Shown: in pieces, positions 1 through 8,218 of the stretch
Layout of the letters: each line of letters opens with the position of its first letter
Numbering within the stretch: the stretch's first letter is position 1
Assembly: GCA_041641305.1 (NCBI GenBank)
Contig: JBEPYN010000003.1
Location: forward strand, 26,841-90,840
Source: Nitrososphaerota archaeon
Lineage (GTDB): Archaea > Thermoproteota > Nitrososphaeria_A > Caldarchaeales > Caldarchaeaceae
Length of the DNA: 64,000 nucleotides
Direction of reading: 5' to 3'
Notes under the pieces: model-generated
Seen by the model: only the letters and a program-made list of their open reading frames with translations
Database searches by the model: none
Told to the model about the DNA's origin: nothing
Made by a program: the position numbers and the translations under genes

Positions 1-2
1 TG

Positions 3-476
3 GAGCATAAGCAGAAAACAGGCTCAGTAGTCAACTTCCCCGGCTCAAAACCTCTCACAAACGAAGAGCTCCTCACAACACCCTGCGACATTCTGATACC
101 TGCGGCCCTAGAGAACAGCATAACAAAAGAAATCGCTGAAAAAGTTGAGGCGAAGGTAATTGTCGAGGGGGCCAACGGCCCAACTACGCAGGAGGCTGAT
201 AAGGTTTTGTTTGAAAGAAGGATTCCAGTTATCCCCGACATATTGTCCAACGCGGGCGGAGTAACCGTCAGCTACTTGGAATGGGTGCAGAACCTAAAGA
301 GGGAGACTTGGACGCTTGAGGAAGTTCATGCAAAGCTTGAGGGTAAGATGGTGAAAGGTTTCCATGATGTGATGAACACTTCCAAAAAATATGAAGTGCC
401 GCCAAGGATGGGTGCCATGATTTTCGCGGTGAACAGAGTAGCGGAAGCAATAAATTACCTCGGTATCTGGCCCTGA
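3..476 (+). CDS. gdhA: Glutamate dehydrogenase, C-terminal fragment (5' end outside the window)
   Basis: The frame is open from the window edge. The translation ...VEGANGPTT...IPDILSNAGGVTVSYLEWVQN... matches the C-terminal dinucleotide-binding region of Glu/Leu/Phe/Val dehydrogenases. Confidence 0.85.
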   Translation, partial: EHKQKTGSVVNFPGSKPLTNEELLTTPCDILIPAALENSITKEIAEKVEAKVIVEGANGPTTQEADKVLFERRIPVIPDILSNAGGVTVSYLEWVQNLKRETWTLEEVHAKLEGKMVKGFHDVMNTSKKYEVPPRMGAMIFAVNRVAEAINYLGIWP

Positions 477-481
477 GCAAG

Positions 482-1189
482 ATGGAGCCGTGGTCGACGG
501 TCATAATTTCCCTAACCCTACTTTACTCGTCCTACCTTGACATCAAGAAGAGAGAAGTTGACGACATTGTCTGGATAATCCCATCTCTACTGGGTCTTTT
601 GCTAAACCTGTACACCGCATACGTTGTTGGGCTTGATTATCTGGTGAGATACGGTGCCGCTGTGCTTGTTTCGGCCGCCGTGGGGTTCGTCCTCTACTTT
701 GCGGGCTTGTATGGAGGAGCCGATGCCAAAGCTCTTTTCACCATCTCCCTTGTCCAGCCCTTTTCATCTAGCGGCCTCCAGCTACATGGAGTAACTGCAC
801 TAACTGTTCTCACAAATGGTATGATTTTCTCCATAAGTCTGCCGATATTCTTCGCGGTTTTCAACTGCTACAGGCTGCTTCGCGGCGAAAAAATATTCGC
901 AGGCTTCGATGGTGAGAAGGGGTTGAGGAAGTTGGCGGCGCTTTTTCTTGGGACGCGGATGAGGAAGGCTGCGGGAAAAAATTTCTGGGGAGTAATAGAA
1001 TCTGTCGAGAACGGTGTTAGAAAGTTTAGGTTCAACATCGGTATCGAGGAGCTTGAGAAAGTGGACAGAGACGATGTCTGGGTCACACCAGGAATTCCGC
1101 TGCTTGTTTTCTTCACAGCAGGTTATTTCTTCAACCTGTTCGCCGGAGAAGTGATGGCTTACCTGTTTAGGGCGTTAACGCCGCACTAA
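482..1189 (+). CDS. A24-family prepilin/preflagellin peptidase-like membrane protein
   Basis: ATG start 5 nt after the gdh stop. The protein is polytopic and has two Asp motifs typical of A24 aspartic peptidases (LDIKKREVDD and GGADAKAL). Confidence 0.6.
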   Translation: MEPWSTVIISLTLLYSSYLDIKKREVDDIVWIIPSLLGLLLNLYTAYVVGLDYLVRYGAAVLVSAAVGFVLYFAGLYGGADAKALFTISLVQPFSSSGLQLHGVTALTVLTNGMIFSISLPIFFAVFNCYRLLRGEKIFAGFDGEKGLRKLAALFLGTRMRKAAGKNFWGVIESVENGVRKFRFNIGIEELEKVDRDDVWVTPGIPLLVFFTAGYFFNLFAGEVMAYLFRALTPH

Positions 1190-1709
1190 GCCTAATCAAA
1201 ATCCATTCAATAACTGCTCCAGCCAGCAGCAGCAACACGACAACGGCGACCGTGTATGGTAAACTACGTATCTCTTTTCTCAACTGTTTTCTGATGGCTG
1301 AAGTTGTCAAGAAAAAACTTTCAGAGACGGCGAATCCGTATGCCAGCATCTCGATGAACCCGTAAACAGTGATGAAAGGTATGAGCAACAGAAGAGGCAC
1401 CGGAATGTTTGAAACCGCCGAAAAGGCCCCTATCACAGCTCCTGTGTTATACACTATTAGTCCAGCAAGAGCCAGACCCAGCACAGGAATCATCATCAAA
1501 AGCGATGCAGCAAAATTGTTGAGAAAAATGAATGCAGGGTTTTCGACAACGTTGGGAAGCATCTGCTCAAACTGGTTAACCAAATTCTCCGCATCCGCAA
1601 GCGATATGGGTATAAGCGCCGCGGCAGCAAACAATCCTATCAACAATGCTGTTGCTACAACAGCTGCCGGGAACCGTCTCAGCAGAAAACTCTTGAGCCC
1701 CTGTAACAT
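1167..1709 (-). CDS. SpoIIM-like (DUF95-type) integral membrane protein
   Basis: 180 aa with several TM helices. The pattern IFLNN...NTG...YGFIEMLAY resembles the SpoIIM/DUF95 family. A TATA-like CATATATA lies about 25 nt upstream of the ATG. Confidence 0.45.
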   Translation of the reverse strand: MLQGLKSFLLRRFPAAVVATALLIGLFAAAALIPISLADAENLVNQFEQMLPNVVENPAFIFLNNFAASLLMMIPVLGLALAGLIVYNTGAVIGAFSAVSNIPVPLLLLIPFITVYGFIEMLAYGFAVSESFFLTTSAIRKQLRKEIRSLPYTVAVVVLLLLAGAVIEWILIRLSAALTP

Positions 1710-1756
1710 TTCCGGGGTTTTGTTGTATACGGTGTATATATGCTTGGTGAATGATA

Positions 1757-2084
1757 GGTGGCGGCGGCTCCCCGGGGTGGCGTGAGCCCGCGCCCGTTCT
1801 CAAGCTGCGGGTATGCTTGGACACGCTTTTGGATGGGCTGCGCCGCGGCGTCTTAGTGCTGCTCCCTCCCGGGCCTGACACGGTTCGACGCATGCGACGG
1901 TTGGAGCCTCCCTACAGAGGCTTTACCCGTCTACGACGCCCCCATCCGGCGCATCCTCATCGCCTCCCCGCAACCGAGCGACGGGCCGGCCACACGCGCC
2001 CCCGCGGGTTATCCGGCCCCCGCATGAAGCCCGTTTCGGGTACAGGGAAGGGCTGGCTCCCCGGCCTTTCCCGCCGCCACCACC
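1757..2084 (-). ncRNA. ffs: Signal recognition particle RNA (archaeal 7S/SRP RNA)
   Basis: G+C-rich ~328 nt segment with no credible ORF. The ends pair (5' GGUGGUGGCGGCGG ... CCGCCGCCACC 3'). Helix-8 motif GUCAGGCCCGGGAGGGAGCAGC lies at 1858-1879 on the plus strand. An Alu-domain-like CCCUGUACCCGAAACGGG is present. The exact ends are approximate. Confidence 0.85.
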
Positions 2085-2100
2085 AATTTTATCCTTGGCG

Positions 2101-2110
2101 TGCTTAAATG
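2101..2110 (-). promoter_or_regulatory. TATA-like box (CATTTAAG) for the SRP RNA, overlapping the stop codon of the upstream E1-alpha gene
   Basis: The minus-strand sequence AACATTTAAGCACGCC sits about 20-26 nt upstream of the predicted SRP RNA 5' end. Confidence 0.4.
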
Positions 2111-3129
2111 TTTACGTTGGAGAACTCTTCCTTTAGGTGCCGGGGCGGGGTCGAGTAGACATCCTCGAAGATGGCCGAGGGAGGAATGGCTGGAGTTTTT
2201 TCTACTTCTTCGATTTTCTGCTCCAAAATCTGCCTTAAGCTTGTCCAAATCAAGTTGTCTTTTTCCTCATCCAACAAGTTTCTCTGGATAAGCAGCTTCT
2301 CACAGAGGGTTATTGGGTCTCGGCTACGCCATATCTCAACCTCTTGAGCGGTTCTGTACTTGGTTGGGTCATCGGCGGTAGAGTGGGCTGCGAGCCTATA
2401 AGTAATGGCCTCGATTAAAGTCGGGCCTCCGCCTCGACGTGCCTTTTCGACAGCAGCACGTACAGCTGCATAAATTTCCTCCACGTTGTTGCCGTCTACC
2501 ACCACTCCCTCGAAGCCATAGGCCTCCGCCTTCGCTGCTATGGTTTCCGAGGCCGTTTGCTGACGTAGAGGCACCGATATTGCGTATTGGTTGTTTTGGC
2601 AGATGAAGACCGTAGGTGTTTTGAATACGCCGGCCATGTTGAGGCCTTCGTGGAAATCGCCTTTTGATGTCGCACCGTCTCCGAAGAAAACAAGCATCAC
2701 GGTGTCTTCACCTCTTCTCTTGGCTGCGTATCCAAATCCGACGGATACGGGGATGTGCGCAGCCACCGGGCCTGGGCCTGTGATGATCCTGTATCTCCTG
2801 TCACCGAAGAGCAGAACTTCGTGGCCTTTGAGAGGATCTCCTACTCGGCCGAGCTGCCTTGCAACAAGTGTCTCGAGGGGAACGCCGCGTGCTATGAAAG
2901 CACCTGTTTCACGATATGTTGGAAATATCCAGTCAAGCGGCGAGGCAGCGTTGACGGCCGCGACGGAGACAGCCTCCTGACCCTCTGAAGAGGTGTATGC
3001 AGCGACTTTGCCGGCGCGTTGAAGCTTAACCATGGCCGAGTCAAACAGCCTCGCCAAAACCATCTCCCTATACATCTTAAGAAGAAGTTCATCGCTCAAC
3101 AATTCGTGGGTTTTCAAATCCGTGTGCAA
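2104..3129 (-). CDS. 2-oxoacid (pyruvate/branched-chain) dehydrogenase E1 component, alpha subunit
   Basis: 341 aa with the TPP-binding motif GDGATSKGDFHEGLNMAGVFKTPTVFICQNNQYAIS and a typical E1-alpha N-terminus (MYREMVLARLFD). Confidence 0.85.
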   Translation of the reverse strand: MHTDLKTHELLSDELLLKMYREMVLARLFDSAMVKLQRAGKVAAYTSSEGQEAVSVAAVNAASPLDWIFPTYRETGAFIARGVPLETLVARQLGRVGDPLKGHEVLLFGDRRYRIITGPGPVAAHIPVSVGFGYAAKRRGEDTVMLVFFGDGATSKGDFHEGLNMAGVFKTPTVFICQNNQYAISVPLRQQTASETIAAKAEAYGFEGVVVDGNNVEEIYAAVRAAVEKARRGGGPTLIEAITYRLAAHSTADDPTKYRTAQEVEIWRSRDPITLCEKLLIQRNLLDEEKDNLIWTSLRQILEQKIEEVEKTPAIPPSAIFEDVYSTPPRHLKEEFSNVNI

Positions 3130-3163
3130 CTCTTAAAGGTTAACATGTTTTTCTCAGAAATGG

Positions 3164-3925
3164 ATGCAAAGGGTTCTGGTTGGTTGCTGCGGCTGGGCTG
3201 TGAAAGGTGGAAAAGAAGCCTATTACCAAAAGTTTCCGGCGATAGAGGTTCAGGAAACTTTCTACAAACTTCCAAAACCCGAAACTGTAAAGCGGTGGCG
3301 TGAAAACGCTCCCAGCGGCTTTGTTTTCTGCATGAAGGCTTGGCAGGCGGTCTCCCACCCGGTCTCCAGCCCAACTTGGAGAAAAGCGGGACTTGTTCAG
3401 GCGAAGAGTGGAAAAACACGGTATGGATGGCTTAGGCCTGTGAAAGAAAACTTTGCGGCATGGGATAAAACAGTGGAGGTGGCGAAAGCCATGCAGGCAC
3501 GTGTGGTCGTAATCCAGACACCGGCATCGATGCCCGACGACCAAAAAACACAACAAAACATCATGAAATTTTTTGAACACGCTACCGGACACACCGTGAC
3601 GATAGCATGGGAGCCGAGAGGAAAACTTGCAAAGAACATCGCCTTCCTCAAAAAAGTCTGCGAAAAACATGGCATAATTCATGTAACAGATGTCCTGAAA
3701 GCGGAGCCGGCAACCCTGCATGAAATATTCTACACACGTTTACATGGGCTTGGCGGTGAAGTCAACTACAGATACAGATATAGCGATGAAGACCTGAGCC
3801 TCCTTGCAGAGAAAATCTATGCAAGAGACTTTGGCGAGGGATATGTGTTTTTCAACAACGTCTGGATGGCTGAGGACGCGGAGAGATTCATGAGGTTGCT
3901 AAAGCGGGAGGATAAGCTCTCCTGA
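3164..3925 (+). CDS. DUF72 family protein
   Basis: 253 aa. The N-terminus VGCCGWA...YYQKFPAIEVQETFY is characteristic of DUF72 (YecE-like). Confidence 0.75.
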   Translation: MQRVLVGCCGWAVKGGKEAYYQKFPAIEVQETFYKLPKPETVKRWRENAPSGFVFCMKAWQAVSHPVSSPTWRKAGLVQAKSGKTRYGWLRPVKENFAAWDKTVEVAKAMQARVVVIQTPASMPDDQKTQQNIMKFFEHATGHTVTIAWEPRGKLAKNIAFLKKVCEKHGIIHVTDVLKAEPATLHEIFYTRLHGLGGEVNYRYRYSDEDLSLLAEKIYARDFGEGYVFFNNVWMAEDAERFMRLLKREDKLS

Positions 3926-4360
3926 ATATTTTTTCAAGCCATCTTTCTCCATCTTCGCCACAATACTTTCAGCAGCCTTATGTGGGATTGGGTGAGACAT
4001 GGCCTTTGCGTAGCCGTCGGCGTCACAGACCACAATAACGGAGAAGTTTTCATCTTTCTGAACCACAGTAAAAAAATTCTCCTCTCCAACAGGAGCCCAT
4101 CCGTCACGAGTTTCCTTCACAACCATCGCCGCATAGGCGGTTCCAGTGTAGGCGGACAGAAGTTGCTGAGCCCTCTGGGCAACCACTTCACCTCTCCGAA
4201 AAGCTTCGAAATACTGCACAACTCTCGATAAAGCCGCTCCCGCTTTAAAGTTTATCAAACGCTGTTCAGGTTTACAGGACGTGATTTTGCGTGTCTGGAC
4301 ATGTCCCCTGAAGAAGGGGATGGAGAAGGCATTCGAAGAGTTTGCCATTAAAGAGGCCAC
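3899..4360 (-). CDS. Hypothetical protein (start uncertain; an in-frame TTG at 4258 is possible)
   Basis: Long ORF with a protein-like C-terminal half and no motif I recognise. The 5' part overlaps the divergent ABM gene and the 3' end overlaps DUF72 by 27 nt. Confidence 0.3.
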   Translation of the reverse strand: MASLMANSSNAFSIPFFRGHVQTRKITSCKPEQRLINFKAGAALSRVVQYFEAFRRGEVVAQRAQQLLSAYTGTAYAAMVVKETRDGWAPVGEENFFTVVQKDENFSVIVVCDADGYAKAMSHPIPHKAAESIVAKMEKDGLKKYSGELILPL

Positions 4361-4586
4361 GCAGATACTAGAGATGCAGGAAGGGTGTCTAAACGCGTTC
4401 TTCGGAATCGACTACGGCGAACCATCCGTTGGAGTAGTGGTGACGCTGTGGCGAGACATCGAATCGCTTAAAGCCTTCACCGGAGGCGATTGGAGGGAGC
4501 CCTATATCCACCCAAAGGAGGCGCCCTTGCTCGCGGAAAAACCAAAGGTAAACCACTACACGCTGGTGGGCAAAATACCCCGGTAG
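4281..4586 (+). CDS. ABM (antibiotic biosynthesis monooxygenase-like / Dabb fold) domain protein
   Basis: 101 aa with a GTG start. The pattern ILRVWTC..KKGMEKAFEEF...VVVTLWRDIESLKAF is typical of small ABM-fold proteins. A TATA-like TTTAAAGTTTATC lies about 30 nt upstream. Confidence 0.5.
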   Translation: MILRVWTCPLKKGMEKAFEEFAIKEATQILEMQEGCLNAFFGIDYGEPSVGVVVTLWRDIESLKAFTGGDWREPYIHPKEAPLLAEKPKVNHYTLVGKIPR

Positions 4587-4660
4587 TATCGGGAAAACAT
4601 GGCATAAAAAGGGGTTGAAAAAGGATTTAAACCCAGTTTTCAGCCTATAAGCGAACGGAA

Positions 4661-4837
4661 ATGGGCAAAGAATCTTTCGTGGTCGAGTCAAGAGTTCGCG
4701 AGGCGTTGCCCGAGGGAATTAGGCTGGGATCTGATGCTCTGGAGGGGCTTAACGAAGCCGTCAAAGCACTGATAGACAAAGCGGTCAAAAGATGCCAAGC
4801 CAATGGCAGAAAAACATTGATGAAGGAAGATTTCTAA
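4661..4837 (+). CDS. Small histone-fold-like protein (DUF1931-like), not in the supplied ORF track
   Basis: ATG at 4661 and TAA at 4835-4837 give 58 aa: MGKESFVVESRVREALPEGIRLGSDALEGLNEAVKALIDKAVKRCQANGRKTLMKEDF. It resembles the DUF1931 pattern ending ...A.ANGRKT...D. TATA-like GATTTAAAC is at about 4625-4633. Confidence 0.6.
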   Translation: MGKESFVVESRVREALPEGIRLGSDALEGLNEAVKALIDKAVKRCQANGRKTLMKEDF

Positions 4838-4867
4838 GCCGCTTCTAGGGCCTCAGCTTAACACGCC

Positions 4868-5998
4868 CTATTTTTTCGCTTCTATCGGCTTGAAGCGAGG
4901 CTTGAGTTTCTCGATTATCTGAGGCAGGGTAGTGTACTCCATCTCCTCATGACCTAGTCTGGCTGGCTCGAATTCTCCCATGGTTCTAAGGGTGATGGCG
5001 AGTTCCGCTGCTTTGTTTCTGACGGTGTCCCAGAACGGGTCTTCGAAGAGGTCGACAGGCTCCACACCATCTTGTCCTACAAGTCTCCCGTTAGATACCT
5101 GCCACCCCATAGCCATCACTCTCGGCGGCCCATCGAAATAGCTAACAACATTCTGGCCTTTGCGGAATGAAACAGGCATCAAAGGGCCTCTGTGGCTTCC
5201 TCTCATCCAGCCGGAAACGATGAACGGTGGCGCAAAAGCTGCGAGAACCTCACCCACTGCCGGGAAACCTGCCTGGGCCCTCACTATCATGACGGGGTCA
5301 TCCTTCCCCACATAGCGGCCGGCAATCAAGCTAAGACGTGTAGTGCTTGCGGCGGCCGCCGGCTCGCCGTCACTCGCTCTATAAACCTTTGAAACAGCGT
5401 AGCGTCCAACCGTCCCAAGCAACGCGACCAAGTCATACAATTCCTCGGGAGTTTTGAGCAAAACAGACCAAGACTCCACAAGGTCGAGGACCTCGAACTT
5501 GAACCCATCGTGCAGTGTCGGGTCTATGACAAGGCCTGCGGTGTTCTCCGGTGATGCGAATATGCGGTAAAGTGGTAGGTTCCATGCACCGGGCTCGGTT
5601 TTGTCCGCTGCAAATACTATGATGGGGTCTGATTTCCTCTCCTCAAACTCTATTTCGGCTACTCCCGGACCGAGACCTTTGACGTTTCCGCTGAATGCGT
5701 CTGAGAGGAGGTCTTGTCCTGCGCCATAGAGCTTCATGGGCTTGGCCACTTTCTCGGTTATTTCTCTGAAAACGTTCCATGCGAGGCCGTGAACCTCGGG
5801 GTTGTCTTCACCTTTGTCGTGGCTCATTACCAGTATTATGTCGTCTCCACAGTGGGTTGCGTATCCTGATTTTATGAGGCCTGTTTTCTCGGCTTCAGCG
5901 AGTTTCTGAGACGCGAGTTCCATCATCTTGGGGTGGGGCTTGTGATGTCCGGCGATGCTTCCTACATCAGCCTTTATGACCGAGACCGTCGTTCTCAT
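4868..5998 (-). CDS. fbp: Fructose-1,6-bisphosphate aldolase/phosphatase (archaeal type V FBPase)
   Basis: 376 aa. The N-terminus MRTTVSVIKADVGSIAGHHKPHP and the overall sequence are typical of the bifunctional FBP aldolase/phosphatase. Confidence 0.95.
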   Translation of the reverse strand: MRTTVSVIKADVGSIAGHHKPHPKMMELASQKLAEAEKTGLIKSGYATHCGDDIILVMSHDKGEDNPEVHGLAWNVFREITEKVAKPMKLYGAGQDLLSDAFSGNVKGLGPGVAEIEFEERKSDPIIVFAADKTEPGAWNLPLYRIFASPENTAGLVIDPTLHDGFKFEVLDLVESWSVLLKTPEELYDLVALLGTVGRYAVSKVYRASDGEPAAAASTTRLSLIAGRYVGKDDPVMIVRAQAGFPAVGEVLAAFAPPFIVSGWMRGSHRGPLMPVSFRKGQNVVSYFDGPPRVMAMGWQVSNGRLVGQDGVEPVDLFEDPFWDTVRNKAAELAITLRTMGEFEPARLGHEEMEYTTLPQIIEKLKPRFKPIEAKK

Positions 5999-7512
5999 TT
6001 CTGCTCACGTCTAACATGGCCTGCTCGATAAAAGGTCTTACGCAGTCTAATAACGGTGTATAATAGGAGGGCTGTGAGAATAATGGCTGAGACTCTCAGC
6101 CCCGCAACACCAGCCGGGTCATCCAATACAATAATTGTCCAAGTCGTGTCACCTGTCAAAGTGAAAACATTGTTTGTGAAGCTTGGAGGGGTTTCAGCTC
6201 TCATGACATATTTTTCGGCGGGAAGATAGATTGATGATATGCTTGAGAATTTCGCGGAATTGATTACCACCGTGTTGGGGCCTCGGTATACTGTGCCGTT
6301 GGGCCAGACAAGTCTTATATGTGCTTCGTGGAGCTGGAGGTTTATGGTTATTCTTTCTCCAGCGGTCACCGTGAAAGGTAATGTTATGGATGTTGCGTTG
6401 AAGTTCAGTGACAAATTTGTTTCCTTCGACGGGGTATGATAGGTCGCGTTGCCATAGTTACTTATTTCAATCCTGTTAGCGAAAATTATCCCGATCCAGT
6501 CATCCAACTTTTGGGCCTGTCCGTCAGTGACCGACACACCCACACTCCTCAAGTATCTAGCATGATTTTGATCATATAAGCGGATGAAAGCTATCGGCGG
6601 CCTCATTTGAAGAATCCAGATGTTGCCAGACTCGTCCCCGACTAAGATTGTGTAGTTTTTACTTGCAGCTGCCCAGACATCAGTGCTGATTACACGACTT
6701 GACCCGGTTAAGCTTTTCATCGATTCCGGAAGAACCAATATCTCCTTCTCCAAAAGAAGCCTGTTGTCCGAGGCTGCGTAGAGACGTATAATATGAGAAC
6801 CTATGCCTATTTTCCTCAAGCCTGAAACCTGTTCACCATCAGAAGGCAGATTCACGCTAAAAACAGTCGAGTCATTAACCCTTCTACCCTCAACTATTTG
6901 GTTGACAGATACAGAGTCCAGTTGCATGGTGAAAGGTAGGCCGTCGAGCAGCCCTGAGTAACGTATCGGCGGCTCCTGTCTCAATATCTCGACCCTCGCC
7001 CTTGTCTCGTTGAAGCCCTTCAAAACAATGTCCACCGATGAGCCTGCCGCCGCGACTTCCCCCTCACTCCTTCCCTCCAAGAAAAGAGCATAAGCGTTGG
7101 CGGATGTTGACGCCGTCATGACGACAAGCAATCCATCAAACCTAATTGAAACCTGTACAGGGGGCCTCGTTGTCGGAGGCCTGACCTGCATAGTTAGTCT
7201 TTGACCCGTGTCGGCCACAAGTGTCCAGTTTCCCGCGTCACCGGGCCCGAATCTCCTTAAAACAGTTCTCTCCCCGTCACGTACAAAAACATTTTCACCT
7301 AAGCCGTTCGGAGAAACAAGAGTGACGAAACCATCTCTGCCGACAATTTTTACCGAAAGAGTTTCACCCACACCCCATTCGAGAGCTCCTCCATCGAGGA
7401 ATGGGAGCATCATTTCGCCGTCGAACCCGACCAGCCAATACGGCTCTATGTTCTGTCCTTGAGAGGGGGCAATCAATAGAACTATTGCCAAGAGAAAAAG
7501 GGCTCTATTCAT
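5995..7512 (-). CDS. Predicted surface glycoprotein (signal peptide, C-terminal TM anchor), function unknown
   Basis: 505 aa. It has an N-terminal signal-like segment MNRALFLLAIVLLIAPSQG, at least eight N-x-S/T sequons and a C-terminal hydrophobic helix plus a basic tail (LRVSAIILTALLLYTVIRLRKTFYRAGHVRREQK). Confidence 0.6.
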   Translation of the reverse strand: MNRALFLLAIVLLIAPSQGQNIEPYWLVGFDGEMMLPFLDGGALEWGVGETLSVKIVGRDGFVTLVSPNGLGENVFVRDGERTVLRRFGPGDAGNWTLVADTGQRLTMQVRPPTTRPPVQVSIRFDGLLVVMTASTSANAYALFLEGRSEGEVAAAGSSVDIVLKGFNETRARVEILRQEPPIRYSGLLDGLPFTMQLDSVSVNQIVEGRRVNDSTVFSVNLPSDGEQVSGLRKIGIGSHIIRLYAASDNRLLLEKEILVLPESMKSLTGSSRVISTDVWAAASKNYTILVGDESGNIWILQMRPPIAFIRLYDQNHARYLRSVGVSVTDGQAQKLDDWIGIIFANRIEISNYGNATYHTPSKETNLSLNFNATSITLPFTVTAGERITINLQLHEAHIRLVWPNGTVYRGPNTVVINSAKFSSISSIYLPAEKYVMRAETPPSFTNNVFTLTGDTTWTIIVLDDPAGVAGLRVSAIILTALLLYTVIRLRKTFYRAGHVRREQK

Positions 7513-8218
7513 GTGACATACGCAGCCAAATCATCAAAGCAGTCAATAGTACTGCAAATGAGCCCAGCAGAAAAAATGGGCTGAGCAACGGCGACAACTG
7601 GCTTACGAAGATGCTGAGGCTCATCAAGGCGAGTGTTGTTAAGAGGGTCTTGAGGAAGGGTTGGTTCATCGTTTGTAGGCGATTTCCCGCGAAGGACGCG
7701 AGTAATGCGAAGGTGGCCAGGGCTGTGAGAACGGTAAAGAGCAGCTCCGGCTCAGGATTCGAGGGGGTGATGTTAACGGTGCCGGTTGAGAAAAGCCCGA
7801 GAATGTTTTGTACAAGTGTGATGAATAATCTTTCGGGCCTCAGAACACCGGTGGATGCTATGTTGTTTAACAGGAGCGCGAAAACGTATGACGCGTAGTA
7901 GCCTCCAACAAGCCCCGTGAACACGTTGCTCCTATAGGCTGATATGGCGAAGACGGCGGGCGCTGAAATTATGTAACCAGCCGCGAGACCGAGGAACGGG
8001 TAAACAACCCCCGTCAGCAGAAGTGAGACCGTGTACGCTGCGGGAACATACACCAACACTATCCCAGCCCACTTGAACCTATCGGTCGCGGAGATGAAAA
8101 GAAGAGAGAAGAACCCTATGAACACGAAGGTGTTTGATGCATCCATCCGGGACAAAGCGAAAAATGTCAAGACAAGTGGGGGAAGCAGGGCCACGGCTCT
8201 CAGCAGCTTATCTATCAT
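7505..8218 (-). CDS. Polytopic membrane protein, function unknown
   Basis: 237 aa and hydrophobic throughout, with about 6-7 TM segments. It overlaps both neighbours (ATGA-type coupling). Confidence 0.6.
   Translation of the reverse strand: MIDKLLRAVALLPPLVLTFFALSRMDASNTFVFIGFFSLLFISATDRFKWAGIVLVYVPAAYTVSLLLTGVVYPFLGLAAGYIISAPAVFAISAYRSNVFTGLVGGYYASYVFALLLNNIASTGVLRPERLFITLVQNILGLFSTGTVNITPSNPEPELLFTVLTALATFALLASFAGNRLQTMNQPFLKTLLTTLALMSLSIFVSQLSPLLSPFFLLGSFAVLLTALMIWLRMSHE

Noticed and set aside
1757-2084. Alternative reading of the structured RNA as RNase P RNA, because the 5' region GGGAAAGGCCGGGG resembles the CR-I motif GAGGAAAGUCCGGGC.
   Set aside because: The segment contains the near-universal SRP helix-8 motif (GUCAGGCCCGGGAGGGAGCAGC) and an Alu-domain UGUA(A)C...GAAAC element. 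It lacks recognisable RNase P CR-IV/CR-V motifs.
1369-2291. A stack of overlapping ORFs (1369-1785, 1576-1893, 1751-2107, 2009-2248, 2100-2291) with Arg/Pro/Gly-rich translations.
   Set aside because: They cover the G+C-rich SRP RNA gene or lie antisense to the SpoIIM-like and E1-alpha genes. Their composition is that of translated structured RNA, not protein.
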